NCBI GenBank assembly: GCA_048884785.1
Contig: JBHLQM010000004.1
Location: forward strand, 32,001-96,000
Direction: 5' to 3'
From: Candidatus Thorarchaeota archaeon
GTDB lineage: Archaea > Asgardarchaeota > Thorarchaeia > Thorarchaeales > Thorarchaeaceae
Length of the DNA stretch: 64,000 nt
In this document: positions 58,456-64,000 of the stretch, in pieces
Numbering within the stretch: position 1 is the first letter of the stretch
How the letters are laid out: every line of letters starts with the position of its first letter
Made by a program: the position numbers and the translations under genes
Notes under the pieces: generated by a model
Seen by the model: only the letters and a program-made list of their open reading frames with translations
Databases searched by the model: none
What the model was told of the DNA's origin: nothing

Positions 58456-59289
58456 CTACTCAGCCAAAGACCAAACATAGCCCTTCTTCTCTTTTGAGAA
58501 CTTCTTCTTCACTTGATTCTCACTCTCCAAAGCACTGAGGGTTCGGGGAGCACGGTCCCTACACTCACCTGATTCTTTCGTAGCCTCAGCAATAATCTCC
58601 GTTGTCGTTGCTTCACCCAAGCTTCTCAATATCCTAATTATTCTCGTTCTGGAATCCGGATCATCAAAAGTTGTGTTTCTTGCAGCAATTATGAGAATGA
58701 ATCCAAGAGCGACTTCTGCCATGATAGCTACTGCCACACCGACAGTCGATATCCAAACAAAGGTAGGAGCAAGAAAACCAGTGATGCTTTCTAGGAGATA
58801 CCCAAATGAAGCTCCTGCCCCTAGGATAATGCCGACATATCCATTTAGATAGCCAGATTTGAACACCAAATAGCCAATTAAAATAAGATGAACTGCATAG
58901 AATGCTATGCCAACAAGCAACACCTGATAGAACAGTGATATTTCTGCAAACATCAATACAATTCCTGCGATAAAAAGCAAAGCCTCTATTATTCGCAATC
59001 TTAGCGCAAGCAGTGATACGTTTTTGTCTACATTCGTTAGTACGTTGTTTAGCGGAAAAGCAACAACCAAACTAATGAATGACAGCGGAACAAGAGCGCA
59101 AAGCATCAAAATGAAGAAAAGTAGGTTGGCTTTAACACTCTGAATTGCCACTACCATTGATTCCGTTGGAAAATAGAACATCGTACCCAATGCCAAGAAA
59201 GCAAAAGTTCCTAGTATAATTCTGAGCAGAGTGAGAACTCCACCATTCCTAGCACATTGTATTCGCTCTAATGATAATCCTTCACTCAA
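58456..59289 (-). CDS. DUF4386-like membrane protein fused to a C-terminal winged helix
   Basis: About 6 TMs including LIGYLVFKSGY, then RIIRILRSLGEATTTEII...LSALESENQVKK...GYVWSL. Confidence 0.72.
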   Translation of the reverse strand: MSEGLSLERIQCARNGGVLTLLRIILGTFAFLALGTMFYFPTESMVVAIQSVKANLLFFILMLCALVPLSFISLVVAFPLNNVLTNVDKNVSLLALRLRIIEALLFIAGIVLMFAEISLFYQVLLVGIAFYAVHLILIGYLVFKSGYLNGYVGIILGAGASFGYLLESITGFLAPTFVWISTVGVAVAIMAEVALGFILIIAARNTTFDDPDSRTRIIRILRSLGEATTTEIIAEATKESGECRDRAPRTLSALESENQVKKKFSKEKKGYVWSLAE

Positions 59290-59342
59290 GCGATTTCCAC
59301 CTGCCTTTCTTACCTACACTCTACTTGAGAAATATATACTTC

Positions 59343-59356
59343 GGTTTCATGAAACC
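59343..59356. promoter_or_regulatory. 14-bp perfect palindrome in a divergent promoter region
   Basis: GGTTTCATGAAACC, flanked by TATA-like AATATATA and TTAATATAT. Confidence 0.5.
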
Positions 59357-59514
59357 ATGGAGTTAATATATGGGATGCCAAGACGTTTTTTGGTCAATGT
59401 GCTACAACACTTTGATTCCTCTCAAATGCGAGGATTTCATTTGTTCTTGATTTCACGAAGGCAAAAATAGAACGCGAAATCTCAAGAATCCAAAGAAGAT
59501 CGTGCAAGCGGGAT

Positions 59515-60042
59515 TTGATCTTGAATGAGAGTACGTTAGACAAGAATACGGAATGTGGAACCATGATTATAGAATATTATCACGCATCGAAGTATGGCAA
59601 TGGCGTACGAGTCGCTGAGGAATTTAGTAGATTTATGGCCGCAAAAGGTGTTACTGTGAATATTCATCATGTCAAAAAAGCAAAGCCAAAAGAGATTCCC
59701 CCTGCTGACTTGTATGTATTCAGTTCTCCTGGCCGGTTTGGTAAACCGATTGGAGATATACGTGGCTTTTTGGGGAAAGCTCAATTCAACCCCGGAACGA
59801 GATGTGCCGTCGTTACAACTGAGATGGCGCCGCAGCCAGATAAGAAGACAGGCAAAGTGTCAACGGAGGAAGGAGATTGTCAGAAGGTTCTTCCAATAAT
59901 GAGAGAGATTCTGCAGGCCAAAGGGCTCAATAAGGTAGCAGAGCAGAGAGTCTATGTGCTTGGGATAAAGGGGCCTCTTGAAGAGGGTTGGCAGAAGAAG
60001 GTGGATGCCTTTGCTGAATCAATACCACTAGTTGCCATGTAG
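59515..60042 (+). CDS. flavodoxin-like protein
   Basis: ASKYGNG FMN loop, FSSPGRFG and GPLEEGW. Likely start MIIEY. Confidence 0.85.
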   Translation: MILNESTLDKNTECGTMIIEYYHASKYGNGVRVAEEFSRFMAAKGVTVNIHHVKKAKPKEIPPADLYVFSSPGRFGKPIGDIRGFLGKAQFNPGTRCAVVTTEMAPQPDKKTGKVSTEEGDCQKVLPIMREILQAKGLNKVAEQRVYVLGIKGPLEEGWQKKVDAFAESIPLVAM

Positions 60043-60080
60043 ATGTTTGGTCTATTTCATTCTACATGGGCGATATAAGC

Positions 60081-60590
60081 TTAGATCGCCCGATTTCTAT
60101 GCCGACACCAGTCACCATTGATAGCACTAAGATGTCCATTATGATGGTTCAAGTGTGCAAACATCTCTGTAATAACATCGATAATGCGCATACCCTGATG
60201 ATATTGAGAAAAACACGATTCATCTAATCTGCGATTCATCTCTTCGTCTGAGGCATTCTTAATCCAAGAGAGGAAATCACTCTCGGATGAGTTGAAATAG
60301 GCTTCAATCTCTTGGATTGGCGTTCCTTTCCATTCTCCTGTGTCGCTTGAGTCGCCCCTATAGGCGTAGAAGAAGTCAGGATTCTTGGGAGAACTTCCTC
60401 GAATCAGCATGTTCAAATTAAAATCATAAACTGCTGCCTGATGGGCAAGAATCCATCCTACGGCTGACATGCCTGAGGAAGGTCGAAAAGACAAATCCAG
60501 ACATCCATTATCCTTCAAGTCTTGGAATGCCCTCTCGCGCATGATTCTGGTCGATTTGGCCATACTTATAACAAATTCAGCTACGTTCAT
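60081..60590 (-). CDS. DinB family protein
   Basis: WILAH and HLNHHNGHL. Confidence 0.85.
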   Translation of the reverse strand: MNVAEFVISMAKSTRIMRERAFQDLKDNGCLDLSFRPSSGMSAVGWILAHQAAVYDFNLNMLIRGSSPKNPDFFYAYRGDSSDTGEWKGTPIQEIEAYFNSSESDFLSWIKNASDEEMNRRLDESCFSQYHQGMRIIDVITEMFAHLNHHNGHLSAINGDWCRHRNRAI

Positions 60591-60628
60591 TTTTCCAACT
60601 TAGTGAATGGACTGCCTCGATTTATACG

Positions 60629-61384
60629 TTGATAATAAAGCATAAACCATCTGAGCCTACTTGCCGCACGTGTGATTCTTGTAATCAAATCGTGGTGGTG
60701 GACAATATGCCAATTGATGCAGTCTTTTTGCTGAAGAAGATCGTGGCTTTGGTCATCTCGCTTCTTCTCTTGAATGTAGTGCTCATCCTCCTGTTTCCTG
60801 AAGTCTATCTGGCATCAAACTTCTCGATAACTCTTTTATTGACCAATCTATTCCTTGGAGCGGACATCGCCATCCGACCTTTCATGTATCAAGAGGGCAA
60901 AAGAGATCGATATCAAACCCGTTTCCTGCTCCTCTTTCTCTTGGCGTGCCCTGTTCTAATTGCATTTCCATATCTTGAATATTCATTCATTCAAAGTACA
61001 TTTCTTTCTCCAGTTGCAACCAATGTATTTTGGATAATGGGCACATTGCTGATTCTGCTTGGAGGAACTACACTTGTAGCAAGTCGTATTATTCTTGGAA
61101 CCTATGGCACATTGAAAATAGGAATCGACGAGGATCACAAATTAATAACTAGAGGTCCTTTCCATTACATCAGACATCCAATTTACGCTGGAACGTTAAT
61201 TCTGTTATTTGGGTACACTGTTTCTTTTAGTAGTATTATCAGTCTGGCCATTATGCTACTCATTGTCATCCCGCTTGGTAGAGGAAGAATGGCTTTGGAG
61301 GAAAAGCTACTGATTCAGGAATTTGGAGATGAATATCTAGAGTATATGAAACGTACAAAGCGAATAATCCCCTTTCTGTATTGA
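60629..61384 (+). CDS. isoprenylcysteine carboxyl methyltransferase / PEMT family membrane protein
   Basis: HKLITRGPFHYIRHPIY and EEKLL..EFGDEY.EY..RT.RIIPFLY. Likely start MPIDA. Confidence 0.9.
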   Translation: MIIKHKPSEPTCRTCDSCNQIVVVDNMPIDAVFLLKKIVALVISLLLLNVVLILLFPEVYLASNFSITLLLTNLFLGADIAIRPFMYQEGKRDRYQTRFLLLFLLACPVLIAFPYLEYSFIQSTFLSPVATNVFWIMGTLLILLGGTTLVASRIILGTYGTLKIGIDEDHKLITRGPFHYIRHPIYAGTLILLFGYTVSFSSIISLAIMLLIVIPLGRGRMALEEKLLIQEFGDEYLEYMKRTKRIIPFLY

Positions 61385-61494
61385 TTTCTATGTTCTTGCT
61401 CCCGAATTCGCCTATATCCTGTTAGAGATGTTTCAAATGAGAAGAATTACGCTGCCAAGCGGCAATCTTCCTGCGGCTACTATCGCAAAGTGAC

Positions 61495-62310
61495 TCAGCT
61501 TTTGAAAAAAACTGTCTGAATACTAGACACAAGCAACTCTCTTTCATCGCTCCACAGTTCTGCAACTTGATCGAAATATCCACGATAGAACCGCTGCCCT
61601 CTTGCTGCGGCCAAGAGTGGGCGACATGCCTGACGGTCAAGGCTTGAAGAATCTGCATGAAAGTGGATGGTAGTTGATACTGTGCCTGCTATCCCGAGAT
61701 TGCTGCGCAGAATAAAGACTCGAGGGAAGAACACATCGCTTATCGCCGCCAGCGAGAGAAAATCAAGAGGCCGTTCCGGTTCGTCACGCACCCAGAGTAT
61801 TGTTTCTGAGTCTTCTGCCAATTCACCTGATAGATTCAATTCACCGCGTATGAATTTGAAGTCGTAGCGCTGTATCCACTTTGGTTCTGGAGGAGCAAGC
61901 CAAGATTCAACTTCTTCAGGTTTGGGTGATACGGGCGCCCGTGCTTCGGACATCATCCAAGTATCTTGTCGGGTTGCGAGAACCGCTGTGGATGTTGCAG
62001 CTACTTGTGATCCTTGAATGATTTCTGCAATCCAGTGTTGGTTTGAACGATTTGTACGCATGTTGCGAACTTTTAGCTCAAATGGAGTATAGGCGATTGG
62101 TCCAGCGAAGTTCACTGTCATTGAAACTGGATCGCCCTGACGCTCTTTGTGGTTCATTATGCCATTGAGAATGACTGCAACAATGATACCACCGAAGGGA
62201 CCTACCATATTGGCGTAGGACTCAGGGATACACCCCTGATATGTGTAAGGTGATTTCATTGCAAGTTCGATTGCCTTATCGAAAAGGTGTGTTTCTTCTT
62301 CGCCGAGCAT
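61495..62310 (-). CDS. acyl-CoA thioesterase (double hot-dog, TesB-like)
   Basis: NMVGPFGG, DVFFPR, GTVSTTIHFH and GYFDQ. Confidence 0.88.
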   Translation of the reverse strand: MLGEEETHLFDKAIELAMKSPYTYQGCIPESYANMVGPFGGIIVAVILNGIMNHKERQGDPVSMTVNFAGPIAYTPFELKVRNMRTNRSNQHWIAEIIQGSQVAATSTAVLATRQDTWMMSEARAPVSPKPEEVESWLAPPEPKWIQRYDFKFIRGELNLSGELAEDSETILWVRDEPERPLDFLSLAAISDVFFPRVFILRSNLGIAGTVSTTIHFHADSSSLDRQACRPLLAAARGQRFYRGYFDQVAELWSDERELLVSSIQTVFFKS

Positions 62311-62316
62311 GGTCTT

Positions 62317-62799
62317 CTACCTCTCCATTTCATTCAGAGGAAAGCTCTCAAGCATTTCTCTCATGAATTCCTTTGTTTCCTTGTGAAGAATACGTTTGAA
62401 TAGCTCTTCTCTGACTACAAATTCAACGCGATCAATTTCATCATCATTGGGTATGAGGTCATCTCCTTTTCCAAGATATTCAACCAGAAACATTGTGCAT
62501 TCTTGCCCATCAAATCCAGTCCTATCTCTGATGCTTGGTGGGAAATCAAAGCAAACCTTGTTTTCGTATTCCTTGATAATCATGAATTGGTCTGATCCCG
62601 TTTCTTCTCGGAGCTCTCTAGCAATTGCCTGATGGTTCGATTCATCGACCTCCAAAACCCCACCTCCTGGAATGTTCCATTCAAGTGGAATGTTCTCTGG
62701 TCCACCTGGCATATCCATCAACTTCACCTTGCCCACAACTAGGAATTTGTGTCCTCTATAGACAATAGCCCCAACTGCTTTTCTAATCATGGTTATCAA
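62317..62799 (-). CDS. NUDIX hydrolase
   Basis: PGGGVLEVDESNHQAIARELREETGS. Confidence 0.9.
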   Translation of the reverse strand: MITMIRKAVGAIVYRGHKFLVVGKVKLMDMPGGPENIPLEWNIPGGGVLEVDESNHQAIARELREETGSDQFMIIKEYENKVCFDFPPSIRDRTGFDGQECTMFLVEYLGKGDDLIPNDDEIDRVEFVVREELFKRILHKETKEFMREMLESFPLNEMER

Positions 62800-62889
62800 A
62801 TCGGCAGTATCTAATTATTCACTCTCCTAATGAGAGTCAAGGATTTAATCTCTCTCCCCCAGCTTGATTTCACGGCGATTCTTCTTGAT

Positions 62890-64000
62890 TCATTTTTCTG
62901 AGCGTTTCACCACCGATGCAGCGATACCTAGTATGCAGTAAAGCACCATTATTATCACTGGTATAATTTCATCTAGGATGGTTGCATTATAGAAGGCAAC
63001 AGCTCTTGATGCTTCCACGTAGTATGTTAGAGGGAAGATATAGGGGATCCAAGAAATGAAAGATGGCAGTTGACTTAGGGGGAATAGGATTCCCGATAGG
63101 AACATTTGTGGAAGGATGAATACAAGCATAAGCTGTATGACCTGAAGTTCATTCTTCATCCGATACGAAATCGCAATTGCGAGAGTGACTGACCCCATGG
63201 CTAGCAGGATAACCAATGGGACCAATGTTAGGATGGATGAGAATAGCTGCGGAGAAATATAAAGCACAACACTGCTAATTACCGTGGTCTGAACGAGGAG
63301 TACTCCAATGAATGCAATTGAATATCCTAGGATGATTTCAAGGTCTGTTAATGGAGTACATTGCATCCTCTCAAGCGTACCTTGCTGTCTCTCTCGCAAG
63401 AAGAATATTCCAGGTATAAGAAAACCAAAGAATACCCCCATAAAACCAATAATCGCTGGTCCCATGATCTCAATCATTGACATTCCCTCCTCTCCATAGA
63501 CGTAGGTGATGTCAATGCTGACCTCATTCTCTCTTCCAAAGAACTGTGATATTGCATCAGAGAGGGCTCCACTAATGGTTGCCAAAGCTGATGCCGCCTC
63601 TGCAGTCCGAATGCCATTTACCATCAGCTCAATAGGTCGATCCTCTCCACTAAGCGTGGCTTGCGTGAAACCCGCACCTATGTATACTCCTGCAACCGCA
63701 GATAGGCTGTTGACTGACTCAATGACTGCCTCTCTCGTATCACAAGAGATGATTGACAAGTTCCCACTATCTGTCAGGATTCCATCAAAGAGTGCTCCTA
63801 TAGTAGTGGTGAATCCAATATCCTCATTCACTAGAGAAAGATTGAATGATAAATCAAATGGACTTGGAGGAAGGGGGTTGTCAAATGTAACGTTTCCTCC
63901 AACTTCAATTCCTCCTTTGCGTCCTATGAGTTCGCTAGCGGCTTGTGTTGTTGCGTTTCCTATCACCGCCATTATATAATTCGCTTCCAATTCACTTGTA
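62890..64000 (-). CDS. ABC-2 type transporter permease (5' end outside the window)
   Basis: RERQQGTLER...TP, FLSGILFPL..LP and PLTY. Confidence 0.9.
   Translation of the reverse strand, partial: TSELEANYIMAVIGNATTQAASELIGRKGGIEVGGNVTFDNPLPPSPFDLSFNLSLVNEDIGFTTTIGALFDGILTDSGNLSIISCDTREAVIESVNSLSAVAGVYIGAGFTQATLSGEDRPIELMVNGIRTAEAASALATISGALSDAISQFFGRENEVSIDITYVYGEEGMSMIEIMGPAIIGFMGVFFGFLIPGIFFLRERQQGTLERMQCTPLTDLEIILGYSIAFIGVLLVQTTVISSVVLYISPQLFSSILTLVPLVILLAMGSVTLAIAISYRMKNELQVIQLMLVFILPQMFLSGILFPLSQLPSFISWIPYIFPLTYYVEASRAVAFYNATILDEIIPVIIMVLYCILGIAASVVKRSEK

Noticed and set aside
88-63979. Numerous 60-160 aa ORFs antisense to or overlapping the long genes (e.g. 20643-21116, 38363-38809, 63506-63979)
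   Set aside because: These are shadow ORFs of well-supported genes, with no motifs or RBS.
1-64000. Selenocysteine/pyrrolysine read-through, transposases, integrases, defence nucleases
   Set aside because: The Cys motifs of the redox proteins are complete without read-through, and I recognised no mobile-element or nuclease signatures.

Overview
Gene-dense archaeal chromosomal DNA, most consistent with an Asgard archaeon of Thorarchaeota type. This is inferred from the two TFB paralogs, Cys-containing 22-aa LRR proteins, a stand-alone longin-like protein and a TPR family beginning 'KPIGTIT'. The standout is a ~12.4 kb minus-strand redox locus (2299-14729). It holds three diverged pairs of a VAO/PCMH-type FAD oxidoreductase plus a GlcF/HdrD-type 2x[4Fe-4S]/2xCCG protein, two exported paralogous heme-c-motif proteins (CxxCH and CX4CH, one fused to a cytochrome b561-like His-bearing membrane domain), a DUF2231 membrane protein and an HpnE/carotene-desaturase-like flavoprotein. 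A CcmA-like ABC ATPase lies just downstream on the same strand. Other notable items are a nested-stem candidate structured RNA (603-776), a 2107-aa almost wholly transmembrane protein, a split feoB operon with a DtxR-like operator, tandem tfb genes, a degenerate macrodomain facing a Nudix gene, a DUF4386-wHTH fusion, a two-domain aspartic protease with a repeated operator, and a TPR gene remnant at a 24-bp duplication. I saw no rRNA, tRNA, CRISPR array or transposase. All family assignments come from motif recognition by eye, not from database searches.
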